DNA of 47,697 nt from Aquificaceae bacterium (GCA_046292245.1 JBKBRK010000001.1:1-47697), one strand, 5' to 3'. Shown: positions 31,910 to 42,935, counted from the first letter of the stretch. The notes: a model not told the origin generated them from the letters alone. Made by a program: numbers and translations.

Positions 31910-33652
31910 TTACCTCCAATAGCAGTCTATATTGTAAGGGTGGTCAAGCACTTTAACCATAGGCTTTCTCTCCACCTCAATGTCCCTCTTCTTCTTAATG
32001 TATTCTATCACAATCTCCCTTATGTTTTTCCCCTCTGGCTGCAGACCCATGGGTGGTGGTCCACCATAAACTGCCACCAAATACTCCTTGTCTAATTCTA
32101 AGGGCTTGCCCTTTATCTTTACATCCCTTATCCTTTCGCCTTGCTTAGCGTTTATCTTAAGGGTGTATTCCACGCCGTATATCCTTGACATATCGCCACC
32201 TTGCTGGTACAAGGGATTGGGATTAAACACGTTATCCGCTACATCCTCCCACAAAACCAAAAGGTCTCTTCCCTTCCTCTTCATTATAAAGACCTCTGGA
32301 TAGGTAATACCAAGCACATTGTAAACATCTTCCACCGTTATCTTACTATTTGGCAGCAGGGTAGTACCCCATCTATATCCGGGAGATGTTCCCACATCCA
32401 AGGACATTACTGCATCAACACCATGGTAATAATCAGCAAGGGCTTCACCTATAAGCCTATCCCATGTGCTGTATACTGTGTCCCTCTTGTAAAGGAGTGT
32501 CCTTGCTGTACCTATCACTGTGTTAAATTCTTTTCCATAAGGTTCATACCACTTTTTAACAATTTCCCTTGCCCCTTTGTCCTCTGGAACTACATCAGAG
32601 AGCACTGGTATAAGTTTGAACCTATAGCCCTGCAGCTTTCCATTCCTCACATCAAGGTCCATCCTACCCACAAACTTGCCATGGGACCCGGGAGATATTA
32701 TAAGAGTGTCTCCCACTCTAACGGGCACAGGCGTTACATCATGGGTATGCCCAGATATAACTATGTCTATACCCCTTACCATCTTCATAAGGGCTATGTC
32801 TAAGGGCAATCCGTCGTGGGATAGCAAGATGACAAGGTCTACCTTGTGCTGATCCCTTAGCTCCTTTACATACCTTTGGAGTTCCTCGGGCCTTACACCA
32901 AAACTCCAACCTTCTGTAAATTTCCTTGGGTTTGCCAAAGGCGTAAAGGGAAAAGAACTTCCTATGATGCCTATCTTGACTCCATTTTTTTCTACGACAT
33001 CGTAAGGTGGAAACACTAAATCCCCAAAGGGCTCTTCGGTGATGTTATAAGAGATAAACTTTGCTTTTAGCTTGTTTTTTACAATGTCTAAAAACTTCTC
33101 CTTTCCTATGGTTACATCCCAGTGGGCAACCATATAATCGTAGCCTACGTAGTTTAACCAATCTACGACCGCAAGACCATCCGTCTTTAGGGCTATACCC
33201 GAGGTTGCCCAGGTGTCTCCACCATCAAGCACAAGGCACTTGTCCCTTCCCCTTTCGTTAAGGATAGCCTTTATAAGGGTAGCAAGCTGCGGAGCCCCTC
33301 CAGTCATACCGTAAAGCTTGGCAAGTCTTATAAAGCCTACGCACGAACCCATATAGGCTTCCACAGACCCGGGCTTTATGTTGTAATACCTTAAAAAGTC
33401 CATGCCCGTCAAGTATCCAGGTGTACCTCTTAAGGGCTCTGGAGCCAAAAGGTTCATGGGCTCTGCAAAGTACATGGGCTTTAAATGCCCGTGTATATCA
33501 CTGGTAAATACAAGGGTTAAGTTCCCATAGGGTTTAAACTCCATAAGCCTTTCAAAACTAACAGGTCTTTTTGCAAAGGAGTAGGGATCAAAGGCAAGGG
33601 AAGAAAGGGCAATGCCGGAGTAGGTTATAAACTCCCTTCTACTAAGTCCCAT
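31910..33652 (-). CDS. soxB: thiosulfohydrolase SoxB
   Basis: Tat SRREF; SDIHG, DGGDTW, AHWD, LLSHDG, GHTHD, FNPNPLYQQGGDM. Confidence 0.96.
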   Translation of the reverse strand: MGLSRREFITYSGIALSSLAFDPYSFAKRPVSFERLMEFKPYGNLTLVFTSDIHGHLKPMYFAEPMNLLAPEPLRGTPGYLTGMDFLRYYNIKPGSVEAYMGSCVGFIRLAKLYGMTGGAPQLATLIKAILNERGRDKCLVLDGGDTWATSGIALKTDGLAVVDWLNYVGYDYMVAHWDVTIGKEKFLDIVKNKLKAKFISYNITEEPFGDLVFPPYDVVEKNGVKIGIIGSSFPFTPLANPRKFTEGWSFGVRPEELQRYVKELRDQHKVDLVILLSHDGLPLDIALMKMVRGIDIVISGHTHDVTPVPVRVGDTLIISPGSHGKFVGRMDLDVRNGKLQGYRFKLIPVLSDVVPEDKGAREIVKKWYEPYGKEFNTVIGTARTLLYKRDTVYSTWDRLIGEALADYYHGVDAVMSLDVGTSPGYRWGTTLLPNSKITVEDVYNVLGITYPEVFIMKRKGRDLLVLWEDVADNVFNPNPLYQQGGDMSRIYGVEYTLKINAKQGERIRDVKIKGKPLELDKEYLVAVYGGPPPMGLQPEGKNIREIVIEYIKKKRDIEVERKPMVKVLDHPYNIDCYWR

Positions 33653-33680
33653 TTTTACCTCCTTAATTTACTATAGAATA

Positions 33681-33695
33681 GGGGGCAAGGCCCCT
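33681..33695 (-). terminator. intra-operon stem-loop between soxX and soxB
   Basis: ggggc-ctt-gcccc on the minus strand, followed by ctattct. Confidence 0.45.
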
Positions 33696-33702
33696 CGCTA
33701 AA

Positions 33703-34374
33703 CTACTTGTTCACAGGAGATTCTGGATGTAAAAGGTATGCCACTATGTTTGCCACATCTTCTGGCGAGAGGTTTCCGTGGTAGCCAAACCTCGGCATGG
33801 AAGAGCAAGGAAAAGCAGACCAGGAGTTGTAGATGATGTTATATACGGCCCTTATCTTTTCAATTCCTTCTGGCGTGTTCATATTTTCTTTGGTTATGCC
33901 CCACCTTTTGCCATATTGGTAAAGGTTTGGGCCCATGGTTCCGCCGGGCTGCCCCTTCTCTATCAAATGGCATGCATAACAGTTTCCTCCCTTGTCGGTG
34001 GGTTTATCGGAAAAACCGTAGCTGGCAAACCTACCACCCCTTGGAGAGTCCACAAGCTTTTTACCCTCTTTCCAATCCCCCATGTATATGCCCCACTGGG
34101 GATACCTTATTTCCGATTGGCTAAGCTGGATCACCCTTTGAATAGCTTGTGGGGGCATCTCTTCCATGCTAGAATACCGGGAGCATATTCTTTGAGCTTC
34201 GTCTTGCTGTACCTTCCAAGCAAACCTTGGGTCTTGGGAAAGACCATCCTTTAAAACCTTTTGGACCTCTTCCTCTTTTACGCTCTCCTTTTTGGTCTTA
34301 GTCTTTTTTTGCTGGGCTTCAACTACACCCATCAAAGCTCCAGATATTACTGCAAGGAACAATAACCTTTTCAT
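33703..34374 (-). CDS. soxX: SoxX cytochrome c
   Basis: GGNCYACH, GTMGPNL, CSSMPRFG, L.PESPVNK. Confidence 0.93.
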   Translation of the reverse strand: MKRLLFLAVISGALMGVVEAQQKKTKTKKESVKEEEVQKVLKDGLSQDPRFAWKVQQDEAQRICSRYSSMEEMPPQAIQRVIQLSQSEIRYPQWGIYMGDWKEGKKLVDSPRGGRFASYGFSDKPTDKGGNCYACHLIEKGQPGGTMGPNLYQYGKRWGITKENMNTPEGIEKIRAVYNIIYNSWSAFPCSSMPRFGYHGNLSPEDVANIVAYLLHPESPVNK

Positions 34375-34379
34375 ATCTT

Positions 34380-35219
34380 TTACCTCCCTATGCCCGGTGC
34401 TTTTATCTCTATGCCATTAGCCAAACCGTACAGGTAAGTGGATAAAGCCACTCCAAGGTCTGAGTGTGGTATAAACTCTGGCCATCTCATCTGCCTTATA
34501 CATTCCGCATACCTGTAGTGCATAGACATGGGCAAACCCCATCTTACTAAGTATTTTGGAAATATAGCAACCGCCTTACCTGCTTCACCGGGTCTGTCGG
34601 CACTCCAAAGTCTTGTGGCTCTTATTCTAACCTCTTTCTGTCCTGCATGGCAGGTGGCACAGTTAAAATCCCAAGGGCCAAGCCTTGCATAGTAGACCTT
34701 ATTTCCTATATCGTACATCTTTTTAACCTTTGGGTCTTTTAGATTTACGTTTATCTTATGTCCGTTGGATTCCATGGTGAGATACATGATTATGCCATCA
34801 TACTCGCTAACACAGTTACCAGACTTGCCCCAACACTCGCGGACAAACTTTAAAACCTGTTCTTGGGTCATGCCTGCATGCTTTTGAAGACACCACCCAA
34901 CCCTTGTCTCAAGGTCCATAACCTTGCCTGCATCTGCAAAATACCTTGGCAACTGAGCCGCAGCGCCCTTAAACACGCCGGGACCAAGCCCCAGGTCGCA
35001 CTTATCAAGGTTATACTTCTTTATAGCTTCCTTGCCTACTTCGTACCAAACTTCCCCAGGGTTTATGCCCTCCGCAAGCATGCGGTTGAACTCTTGAACA
35101 AGCCTTATCTCCTCTTCCGGAGACAACTCACCTTCTACCTGAGCAAAAGCCTTTGTAGATAAAATGATGCCCGCAAGGGCACCACAGGTAAAAACTCCCA
35201 ACAAAAGTTTTTTATTCAT
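34380..35219 (-). CDS. soxA: SoxA cytochrome c (mono-heme type)
   Basis: NPGE, LPRYFAD, single CATCH, active-site R..EC.RQMR, APG.GR. Confidence 0.93.
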   Translation of the reverse strand: MNKKLLLGVFTCGALAGIILSTKAFAQVEGELSPEEEIRLVQEFNRMLAEGINPGEVWYEVGKEAIKKYNLDKCDLGLGPGVFKGAAAQLPRYFADAGKVMDLETRVGWCLQKHAGMTQEQVLKFVRECWGKSGNCVSEYDGIIMYLTMESNGHKINVNLKDPKVKKMYDIGNKVYYARLGPWDFNCATCHAGQKEVRIRATRLWSADRPGEAGKAVAIFPKYLVRWGLPMSMHYRYAECIRQMRWPEFIPHSDLGVALSTYLYGLANGIEIKAPGIGR

Positions 35220-35229
35220 GGCTTCCCCC

Positions 35230-35556
35230 TTAGGAAACTTTTATCTCCGCCGTCTTTTCCCACTTGCCACCCTTGTTGTCCTCGTAAGCTATCTTTACCA
35301 TACCGCTTTCTTCTACCTTGAGGGTCAAAGCCATAAAGGGGTTGGCGCTTACACCAGCACCCATGTTTATACTGCTTACAAGCTTGTCGTTGAGGAATAG
35401 GTCAAGCTTTGTAAGGTGATAGGCTGGCACCTCCTGACCTGTTTGAGGGTCCTTTCTTGCGGGTGTCATGGGATGGGTAATTACCATTTGTACCCTTACA
35501 ATCTCTCCCTTTTTTGCCTCTTTTGGCACACGCAATATACCTGTTCCTACTGCCAT
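35230..35556 (-). CDS. soxZ: SoxZ
   Basis: ITHPM...RKD..G..VPAY, VSANPF, YEDNKG. Confidence 0.93.
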   Translation of the reverse strand: MAVGTGILRVPKEAKKGEIVRVQMVITHPMTPARKDPQTGQEVPAYHLTKLDLFLNDKLVSSINMGAGVSANPFMALTLKVEESGMVKIAYEDNKGGKWEKTAEIKVS

Positions 35557-35584
35557 ATTCTACCTCCTTTATAAAAGTTTTTAA

Positions 35585-36031
35585 TTATCCACAACCACCT
35601 GCGGTTACCTTGACCTCCTTTGTAGCCATCACGTAGGAGCCATCTTTGAGCTTAAGTATAGCCCTAACGTTTGATGTCTCTCCCATCTTTATTCTTGTGG
35701 AGAAAAATACCTGCCCGTTCATAGGAGTAAGCTTTACATCCGCGATCCAAGGTATTGGGTTTTTGTCCACAAAGACCCACAGCTGATCTACCTGTTCTAT
35801 GGGTATGTTGGACTCCACCGTTATGGGTACATTGGCTCCAGACTCCGCTATGGTGGGGGCTGTTAGCTTGATGTCTGCTACTTCCTTGATCTGAGAGAGC
35901 TGAACACCAAGCCTCTTTCGAACCTCCTCCTCAAGCTTTGTAGCACCAAAGGCTGGCTTAAAGGCTGGGGCAACAAGGGTTACCCCCAAAACTGCCACTG
36001 CCGATAGGGTTAAAAACCTTCTCCTGTCCAT
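35585..36031 (-). CDS. soxY: SoxY sulfur carrier
   Basis: Tat RRRFL; APTIAESGANVP, KNP.P, RIKMGETS; C-terminal VKVTAGGCG. Confidence 0.95.
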   Translation of the reverse strand: MDRRRFLTLSAVAVLGVTLVAPAFKPAFGATKLEEEVRKRLGVQLSQIKEVADIKLTAPTIAESGANVPITVESNIPIEQVDQLWVFVDKNPIPWIADVKLTPMNGQVFFSTRIKMGETSNVRAILKLKDGSYVMATKEVKVTAGGCG

Positions 36032-36054
36032 GGTTTATACCTCCTTTAAAGTTT

Positions 36055-36459
36055 TTAACATACCTTGTTAGCTTTTTTACACACTCCATTGATAAAGTTT
36101 ATAACTTCTCCTCTTGACCTGCTACCAAAGAGGGCACCAAGGGCTTTTTCCTCCTTTGGATCATAAAAAACTATGGTGGGGGTGCCGGGAACTCCCAACC
36201 TTCTTGCCCATTTACTGCCCTCATCGGAGGATATGTTTAAACTTACCACTAGAAAGTTTTTTAGTTTGTTCTGTACTTCTTCCTGATTAAGGGTAAATTC
36301 TTCCATCTGGGCGCAGTAAGGGCAATAATTACTATAGAAGTAAAAGGCTACCAGCTTGTTCTCCCTTTTGGCAGCTTCAAAGCCCTCTTTTACTTCAACA
36401 TACCAGTTAGCCAAGGACAAAGACAAACTTACAAGGATCCCAAAAAGCAACCTTACCAT
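36055..36459 (-). CDS. soxW: SoxW-like periplasmic thioredoxin
   Basis: Signal peptide, CPYC, GTPTIVF; first gene of the sox cluster. Confidence 0.8.
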   Translation of the reverse strand: MVRLLFGILVSLSLSLANWYVEVKEGFEAAKRENKLVAFYFYSNYCPYCAQMEEFTLNQEEVQNKLKNFLVVSLNISSDEGSKWARRLGVPGTPTIVFYDPKEEKALGALFGSRSRGEVINFINGVCKKANKVC

Positions 36460-36504
36460 AAGGCTTAATATTAGCCTATCTGATAAAGATTACAATAAAA
36501 AATT

Positions 36505-36520
36505 CTTATGCAGGCATAAG
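36505..36520. promoter_or_regulatory. inverted repeat, candidate sox operator
   Basis: Perfect cttatgc-ag-gcataag about 45 bp upstream of soxW. Confidence 0.5.
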
Positions 36521-36635
36521 TTAAGTTAATTTTAGGATATTGGAATATAAGCATATCACACGATAGAAAAAGCCAGGAATCCCTGCCTGCAGAAAAACGA
36601 ACTACCAAGGCTTTAACCTTTGAGTAAATGAGTTC

Positions 36636-36665
36636 TGTGGATAAAGGCCCACTCAATGTGTATAA
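36636..36665 (-). promoter_or_regulatory. two co-oriented DnaA boxes
   Basis: TGTGGATAA (36636-36644) and TGTGTATAA (36657-36665), both matching TTWTNCACA on the minus strand. Confidence 0.55.
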
Positions 36666-36930
36666 CTTATAATTCTTCAGGATACGCCGAGCGAGAAATC
36701 TTACTTTTCATCGTTAGCGCAGGCATCCTTGCCCGCGATAAAAAACAGGCTGGAGGCGGCTTTGGTAAATAAATTCTGTAAAAGGAATTTCAAGTAAACC
36801 TTTGACATTTCTGTTTGATAGGACTTGGAGGGGCGGAGTTTAGGCTTCCCTTTCTTCCGGCGGTGAATTACTTATACCAACTAAGGTTTGGAGGCATTAG
36901 GGACCATCTGCGTTATAATTATATATTCCA

Positions 36931-37016
36931 GCGGGTGTGGCGGAACTGGCAGACGCGCAGGACTTAGGATCCTGTGGGCATAGCCCGTGAGGGTTCAACT
37001 CCCTCCACCCGCACCA
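36931..37016 (+). tRNA. tRNA-Leu(UAG), CCA encoded
   Basis: GCGGGTG/CACCCGC-A-CCA; CAGGA-CT-TAG-GA-TCCTG; long variable arm. Confidence 0.97.
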
Positions 37017-37034
37017 CAAAATAAGGAGGTTTGT

Positions 37035-38318
37035 ATGAAAATCAACGTAGAGGACAAGCAGGGATTGTTTAAAAGCCTTAAAGTGGAAGTGGAAGGCGAG
37101 ATAGTAAAATCTGCTCTAAACGAAGTTTATGAGTATCTAAAAGCTAACGCACAGGTGGAAGGCTTTAGAAAGGGTAAAGCTCCCATATGGATAATAAGGG
37201 CGAAGTTTAAAGATTATATAGAGGAAGAGGTTGGTAAAAAGATAGCTAACGCCACCCTTGAAAGTGCCATAAGGGAAAGTGGTCTAAAGCCTGTGGCGGA
37301 TGTATATCTTGAGGAGGTTAAGCTTCAGGAGCTTGAACAAAAGGTTAACTACAGCGTCTCCTTTGAAGTGCCGCCTGAGTTTGAATTGGCAAACCTTGAA
37401 GGGCTCGAAGTGGAAATAAAAAAAATGGAGTTCAATGAGGACCTTGTAAAGGAAAGAATTAAAAAGATCCAAGAGGAACATGTTATATGGGAACCTGTAG
37501 AAAGGGAGATAAAGGAAGGAGATCTGGTAGTCATAGACTACAAGGTGGAAGATTTGGAAAGTGGTGAAACCACAGAGGGAGAAACTTCCGGTATACTTGG
37601 CGCAAAGACTTTTAGGGAAGAAATAGAGAAGGAGCTCCTAGGTAAAAGGGAAGGAGATAGCTTTGTGATTGAAGAGCTTACCCTTTATGACGTGGAGGGT
37701 AAGCCCGCCGGGAAGGCAAGGGTGGAGATAAAGATAAAGAGTGTAAAGGAAAAACATCTTCCCGAGCTTACCGATGACTTTGCCAAGGAGCTTGGCCTTG
37801 GGGAAACTTGGACGCAGGCAGAGGAGAAGATAAGGCAAGAGGTAAAAGCAGAGCTTGAAGATGTAAGAAAGGCTTTAGTTGAAGAGGCAGTAGCCAAAAA
37901 GCTTATAGAGATGCATAACTTTGATGTGCCCCAAACCTTGGTACAAAGAGAGCTTTCTCATCTGGTACAGATGAGGGTTTCAACCCTTTCTCAGTGGGGA
38001 ATAGATCCCAAGTATGTTGACTACAGATCTTTGGCTCAGGAACTTGCTCCGCAAGCCCACTCCAACGTAAAGCTAAGGCTTATCCTTGAAAAGTATGCCT
38101 TGGAGAAAAACATACAAGTTCAAGAGGATGAAATGGAGAAAAAGCTACAAGAACTCTCCCAACAGTATGGAAGGTCTCCTCAAGAGTTAAAGGAGTTTTT
38201 CCAAAGGGAAGGATTGCTTCATGTATTGGAGGAAGATATAAAGAGGGAAAAGGCTTTTTATGATATAGTTTCAAAGGCGATGGTAAAGGAAAAGGAGGAA
38301 AAGGATGAAAATACTTGA
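37035..38318 (+). CDS. tig: trigger factor
   Basis: [12 protein letters not shown] domain, [10 protein letters not shown]; ATG 37035 after AGGAGG. Confidence 0.95.
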   Translation: MKINVEDKQGLFKSLKVEVEGEIVKSALNEVYEYLKANAQVEGFRKGKAPIWIIRAKFKDYIEEEVGKKIANATLESAIRESGLKPVADVYLEEVKLQELEQKVNYSVSFEVPPEFELANLEGLEVEIKKMEFNEDLVKERIKKIQEEHVIWEPVEREIKEGDLVVIDYKVEDLESGETTEGETSGILGAKTFREEIEKELLGKREGDSFVIEELTLYDVEGKPAGKARVEIKIKSVKEKHLPELTDDFAKELGLGETWTQAEEKIRQEVKAELEDVRKALVEEAVAKKLIEMHNFDVPQTLVQRELSHLVQMRVSTLSQWGIDPKYVDYRSLAQELAPQAHSNVKLRLILEKYALEKNIQVQEDEMEKKLQELSQQYGRSPQELKEFFQREGLLHVLEEDIKREKAFYDIVSKAMVKEKEEKDENT

Positions 38319-38901
38319 TCAGCTTGTTCCCATAGTTATAGAGCAAACACCAAGAGGTGAAAGGGCTTATGATATATACTCAAGGCTTTTACAGGACAGG
38401 ATAGTACTTCTTGGATATCCTATTGACGACCATGTGGCAAACTTGATAGTTGCCCAGCTTCTCTTTTTGGAAGCCCAAGACCCCGATAAGGATATATACC
38501 TTTACATAAACTCTCCCGGTGGCTCTGTAACCGCCGGCATGGCAATATACGACACTATGCAATACATAAAGCCCGACGTGGTTACAATATGCTTAGGTCA
38601 GGCGGCATCTATGGGTGCTGTTCTTTTGGCTGCTGGTGCCAAGGGTAAAAGGTATGCCTTGCCTCACTCAAGGATAATGATCCACCAGCCCCTTGGAGGT
38701 ATATCAGGGCAGGCAACGGATATAATCATCCACGCAGAGGAGATAAAAAGGATAAAGAATATACTAAATGAAATACTTGCAAAACACACAGGGCAACCCT
38801 TAGAAAAGATTGAAAGGGATGTGGAAAGGGACTATTTTATGTCTGCTATGGAAGCTATGGAGTATGGGTTAGTGGATAAGGTTATAGAGAAAAGGGGTTA
38901 A
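38305..38901 (+). CDS. clpP: ClpP protease
   Basis: [27 protein letters not shown]. Confidence 0.98.
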   Translation: MKILDQLVPIVIEQTPRGERAYDIYSRLLQDRIVLLGYPIDDHVANLIVAQLLFLEAQDPDKDIYLYINSPGGSVTAGMAIYDTMQYIKPDVVTICLGQAASMGAVLLAAGAKGKRYALPHSRIMIHQPLGGISGQATDIIIHAEEIKRIKNILNEILAKHTGQPLEKIERDVERDYFMSAMEAMEYGLVDKVIEKRG

Positions 38902-38902
38902 T

Positions 38903-40141
38903 ATGGCAAAGAAAAACCAAGAAAATCATTGTTCCTTTTGTGGGCGTCCAAGCCGTGAAGTTTTGGTGCTTATAGCTGGACCCAATGATACCTTTATATG
39001 TGATAGGTGTGTAGAAGCTTGCAATGTCATAATAAAGGAGCAGAAAAAACAGTTAAACAAGTATGTTTCCAAGGAGATACCCACGCCAGAGGAGATAAAA
39101 CAAGAGCTTGACAAGTATGTTATAGGTCAAGAGAGGGCAAAAAAAGTCCTTTCTGTTGCCGTTTATAACCACTATAAAAGAATAAGGGCAAAGGATCTTG
39201 GGCTTTCCTTTGATGACGTGGAAATAGAAAAAAGCAACATACTTCTTATAGGTCCAACGGGTTCTGGCAAAACACTATTGGCAAAAACCTTAGCAAAGAT
39301 CCTTGATGTACCCTTTGCTATAGCGGACGCCACATCTTTAACGGAGGCTGGGTATGTGGGCGAAGATGTGGAGAATGTGATTGTGAGACTTCTCCAAAAC
39401 TGTGGCTATGAGGTTAAACAAGCTCAAAAGGGTATAGTTTATATTGATGAAATAGATAAGATAGCTAAAAAGTCTGGTGTAAACCCCTCTATAACCCGAG
39501 ATGTCTCTGGTGAGGGGGTCCAACAAGCCCTTTTAAAGATCTTAGAAGGCACTATAGCCAACGTACCTCCACAAGGCGGTAGAAAGCACCCCCATCAAGA
39601 GTTTATACAGGTGGATACAACAGATATTCTCTTTATATGTGGTGGAGCCTTTGTGGGCCTTGATGAGATAGTTAAGCGCAGGCTTGGCAAGTCTGTGGTA
39701 GGTTTTGAGGCAGACATAAAGAGGTTTGAAGGCGAAGAAAACCCTCTGCATTTTGTTGAAGTGGATGACCTTGTACACTTTGGCCTTATACCAGAATTTG
39801 TGGGAAGGTTGCCCGTTATAGCAGTTCTTGATGAACTCAAAGAAGAGGACTTAGTAAGGGTATTAATAGAGCCTAAGAATTCCCTTGTAAAGCAGTACAA
39901 GAAACTCTTTGAAATGGAGGGCGTGGAGCTTGAATTTACAGGGGATGCTCTTGTGGAGATAGCAAGAGAGGCAATAAGAAGAAAAACAGGGGCAAGAGGT
40001 CTAAGGGCAATAATGGAAGAGCTTATGTTGGATGTTATGTTTGAACTGCCATCTCTAAAGGATGTCAAAAGGGTGGTGGTAAACCAAGAGGTGGTAAAGA
40101 AAAGACTAAAGCCTATGTACTTTATGGAAAAGGTGGTTTAG
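38903..40141 (+). CDS. clpX: ClpX ATPase
   Basis: CSFCG zinc domain, [24 protein letters not shown]. Confidence 0.98.
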   Translation: MAKKNQENHCSFCGRPSREVLVLIAGPNDTFICDRCVEACNVIIKEQKKQLNKYVSKEIPTPEEIKQELDKYVIGQERAKKVLSVAVYNHYKRIRAKDLGLSFDDVEIEKSNILLIGPTGSGKTLLAKTLAKILDVPFAIADATSLTEAGYVGEDVENVIVRLLQNCGYEVKQAQKGIVYIDEIDKIAKKSGVNPSITRDVSGEGVQQALLKILEGTIANVPPQGGRKHPHQEFIQVDTTDILFICGGAFVGLDEIVKRRLGKSVVGFEADIKRFEGEENPLHFVEVDDLVHFGLIPEFVGRLPVIAVLDELKEEDLVRVLIEPKNSLVKQYKKLFEMEGVELEFTGDALVEIAREAIRRKTGARGLRAIMEELMLDVMFELPSLKDVKRVVVNQEVVKKRLKPMYFMEKVV

Positions 40142-40170
40142 ATGTGCTATCATAGAGGGAGGAGGATACT

Positions 40171-40656
40171 ATGAGAAAATATCTTTTTGCCCTTTTGTTG
40201 GTTGCAAACGTGGCCCTTGCCCAGCAGAAGTTTACCTGCATTGACCCCAACAGGATACTTTCTGAATCTCAGGTGGTAAAGGCAAAGGAAGCCCAGCTAA
40301 GGTTAAAGGTTGAAGATTACCAAAAACAGCTTGACCAGATCAACAAAAAGCTTGAGGACCTAAAAAAACAGATAGAAAGCAAAGCCATATCCCAAAGTGT
40401 GAGAGAGCAAAAGATAAAAGAGTATCAAAAGGTGGAAGCGGAAGGTATGGAATTGCAACAGAAGGCTCAAAAAGAACTTTTGGAGATCAAGGGCAAGATA
40501 GAGCAGGAGATAATAGACAGGGTAAAGGCTATAGGGGAGGATATAGCCAAAAGGCAAGGTTTTAATGGCATTCTTGATTGCTCCGCCTTTGTGTATATAT
40601 CTCCAGAGATTGATATAACAAAGGAGGTAATACAAAGGCTTGACTCTGAAAAATGA
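40171..40656 (+). CDS. skp: Skp/OmpH periplasmic chaperone
   Basis: Signal peptide, coiled coil, DITKEVI; upstream of lpxD. Confidence 0.85.
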   Translation: MRKYLFALLLVANVALAQQKFTCIDPNRILSESQVVKAKEAQLRLKVEDYQKQLDQINKKLEDLKKQIESKAISQSVREQKIKEYQKVEAEGMELQQKAQKELLEIKGKIEQEIIDRVKAIGEDIAKRQGFNGILDCSAFVYISPEIDITKEVIQRLDSEK

Positions 40657-41645
40657 AGCTTCATAGATTGGCAGAGCTTTTAGAGGGTGGGCTCTTTGGT
40701 GATGGTGGTTTTGAAGTCCTTTCCCTTTCTTCTCCACAAAAGCCAAAGGAAAACAGCCTTATATTTTGCCAAAGCCCAAAGGAAGCAGAAGCCTTAAGGG
40801 GCTTAAAAGTAGCCTTGGTGCTTTCCCAAGAGGTAGATTTTCCCAATTATATAAAGGTAAAGGATGTAAGGCTTGCCCTTGCCAAGTTTCTGAGCCTTTT
40901 TTATCCCGAAAGACACCCCACAGGCATATCACCAAAGGCACACATAGAGGAAGGGGTACATATAGGTAAGGATGTCTATATAGGTCCCTTTGTTTATGTG
41001 GGAAAGGATGCGGTTTTGGAAGATGGTGTAAAGGTTTATCCCTTTTGTTATATAGGAGAGGGTGTAAGGATAGGTAAAAACAGCGTGCTTTTTAGTGGTG
41101 TGCATATATATCCATACTGTGTTATAGGGGAGGGTGTAAGGATCCATAGCGGTTCTGTTATAGGAGCGGACGGCTTTGGGTATTACATGGGAGAGGAGGG
41201 TATTTTGAAGCTAAACCATATAGGGAAAGTTGTTATAGAGGATTTTGTGGAAATTGGTGCCAATTCATGCGTAGATAGGGCGCTGATAGATGAAACCACC
41301 ATAGGGAAAAATACAAAGATAGACAACCTTGTGCAGATAGGTCATAACTGCTCTATAGGTGAAGAGAACATCATAGTTTCCCACGTATCCATAGCGGGCA
41401 GTGTAAAAACTGGCAAAGGAGTTATCTTGGCAGGTCAAGTAGGTGTGGCAGACCATGTGGAGATAGGCGATAAGGCTATCATAACAGGAAAAGCGGGTGT
41501 TTCCAAAAGCTTGGAGGGTGGGAAAATCTATGGAGGTACTATCCCTGCAATGGAGTGGTCTAAATGGAAAAGGGTCTATGCCTATATTTTAAAACTTCCA
41601 GAACTTTTTAAGGAGAAGAAGCATGTTAATAAGAGTAGCCCATAG
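40653..41645 (+). CDS. lpxD: UDP-3-O-acylglucosamine N-acyltransferase
   Basis: Hexapeptide repeats, [22 protein letters not shown]. Confidence 0.96.
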   Translation: MKLHRLAELLEGGLFGDGGFEVLSLSSPQKPKENSLIFCQSPKEAEALRGLKVALVLSQEVDFPNYIKVKDVRLALAKFLSLFYPERHPTGISPKAHIEEGVHIGKDVYIGPFVYVGKDAVLEDGVKVYPFCYIGEGVRIGKNSVLFSGVHIYPYCVIGEGVRIHSGSVIGADGFGYYMGEEGILKLNHIGKVVIEDFVEIGANSCVDRALIDETTIGKNTKIDNLVQIGHNCSIGEENIIVSHVSIAGSVKTGKGVILAGQVGVADHVEIGDKAIITGKAGVSKSLEGGKIYGGTIPAMEWSKWKRVYAYILKLPELFKEKKHVNKSSP

Positions 41646-42465
41646 CCCAGATTCTGATGATGCCTTTATGTTTTATGCCCTAACCAGTGGCAAGATTGAC
41701 ACAGGGGGGCTTCAAATACAGCATGTGCTCGCAGACATAGAAACTTTAAACAGAGAAGCCCTAAAAGGAACCTACGAGGTCTCCGCAATCTCTTTCCATG
41801 CTTATCCTTATGTGGCAGATAAGTACTTGGTGCTTCCCAGTGGTGGCAGCGTGGGTGAAGGTTATGGTCCCTTGGTAGTTTCAAAAGAAGAGTTAAATAC
41901 TCTGAAGGGTAAGAGAATAGCACTACCCGGAAAACTTACCACCGCTTACCTCCTTTTAAAACTTTACCAACCAGATTTTGAAGAAGTGGTTATGCCTTTT
42001 GATACCATCTTGGAGGCTGTGGAAAAGGGTTCTGTGGATGCAGGCTTGATAATCCATGAAGGGCAGCTTAGTTATATGGATAAAAAACTCAAAAAGGTGA
42101 TAGACCTTGGAGAGTGGTGGAAGGGAAAAACAGGTTTGCCCTTACCCTTGGGATGTAATGTGATAAGAAAAGACCTTGGATTGGATGTTATCAGGAAGAT
42201 GGAAAGGCTTATGAGGGAAAGCATAAAGTATGCCCTTGAGAATAAAGAATCTGCCCTTGAGTTTGCAAGGAACTATGCAAGGGATATAAAGGAGGATAGG
42301 GAAAGGACGGAGAAGTTTATCAGCATGTATGTAAATCAAAGAACTTTGGACTATGGAGAAGAAGGCAGACAGGCGGTAAAACTTTTGCTACAGTTGGGCA
42401 TAGAAAGGGGTATAATTAAAGCTGATATGCCTCATATTATTTTTAGCGATGAGGTGGTAATCTAA
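41623..42465 (+). CDS. mqnD: MqnD-like futalosine-pathway enzyme (MqnA/MqnD family)
   Basis: [36 protein letters not shown]. Confidence 0.85.
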   Translation: MLIRVAHSPDSDDAFMFYALTSGKIDTGGLQIQHVLADIETLNREALKGTYEVSAISFHAYPYVADKYLVLPSGGSVGEGYGPLVVSKEELNTLKGKRIALPGKLTTAYLLLKLYQPDFEEVVMPFDTILEAVEKGSVDAGLIIHEGQLSYMDKKLKKVIDLGEWWKGKTGLPLPLGCNVIRKDLGLDVIRKMERLMRESIKYALENKESALEFARNYARDIKEDRERTEKFISMYVNQRTLDYGEEGRQAVKLLLQLGIERGIIKADMPHIIFSDEVVI

Positions 42466-42935
42466 TGGCTATGCTTCCAGAAGAGTTAAAGGAAAAACTA
42501 AAGGAACACATGGAGTATTTCCCAAGAAAGGAGCAATCTATACTTCTTTGTCTCCATGAAATACAGGATTATTACGGTCATATACCAAACTTTGCCCTTG
42601 AAGAGTTAGCAAAGCTTTTAGATTTGCCCCTTAGTCATGTGGACGGGGTTGTATCCTTTTATGATATGTTTGATAGAGGTGAGCCTGCCAAACATCGCAT
42701 AAGGGTATGTATAAGCGTTGTTTGTGGCCTTATGAGATCCTCCGAAGTTCTAAAGGCAATAAAAGAGCTTCTTGGTATATCCTTAGGAGAGGTCACAAGG
42801 GATGGAAAGTTTAAGCTTATAGGCGTTCAGTGTATAGGGGCATGTTCCGAGGCTCCTTGTTTTATGATAGACAAGGATACCTATAAATTTGAATCAAAGG
42901 AGAAGCTCCATGAGATCCTATCCCGTTATGCCTAA
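42465..42935 (+). CDS. nuoE: NADH-quinone oxidoreductase subunit E
   Basis: VVSFYDMF, CISVVC, CIGACSEAP. Confidence 0.92.
   Translation: MAMLPEELKEKLKEHMEYFPRKEQSILLCLHEIQDYYGHIPNFALEELAKLLDLPLSHVDGVVSFYDMFDRGEPAKHRIRVCISVVCGLMRSSEVLKAIKELLGISLGEVTRDGKFKLIGVQCIGACSEAPCFMIDKDTYKFESKEKLHEILSRYA

Noticed and set aside
36670-36900. Possible RNase P RNA, 6S, SRP or tmRNA in the large intergenic gap
   Set aside because: No recognisable conserved motifs by eye; an Rfam search would be needed to exclude them fully
36987-37034. ORF-track N-terminal extension of tig into tRNA-Leu (similar extensions for alaS, ligase, nuoF, thioredoxin-like, ferredoxin, deacetylase)
   Set aside because: Downstream ATGs with an SD or -10 element and family-typical N-termini fit better
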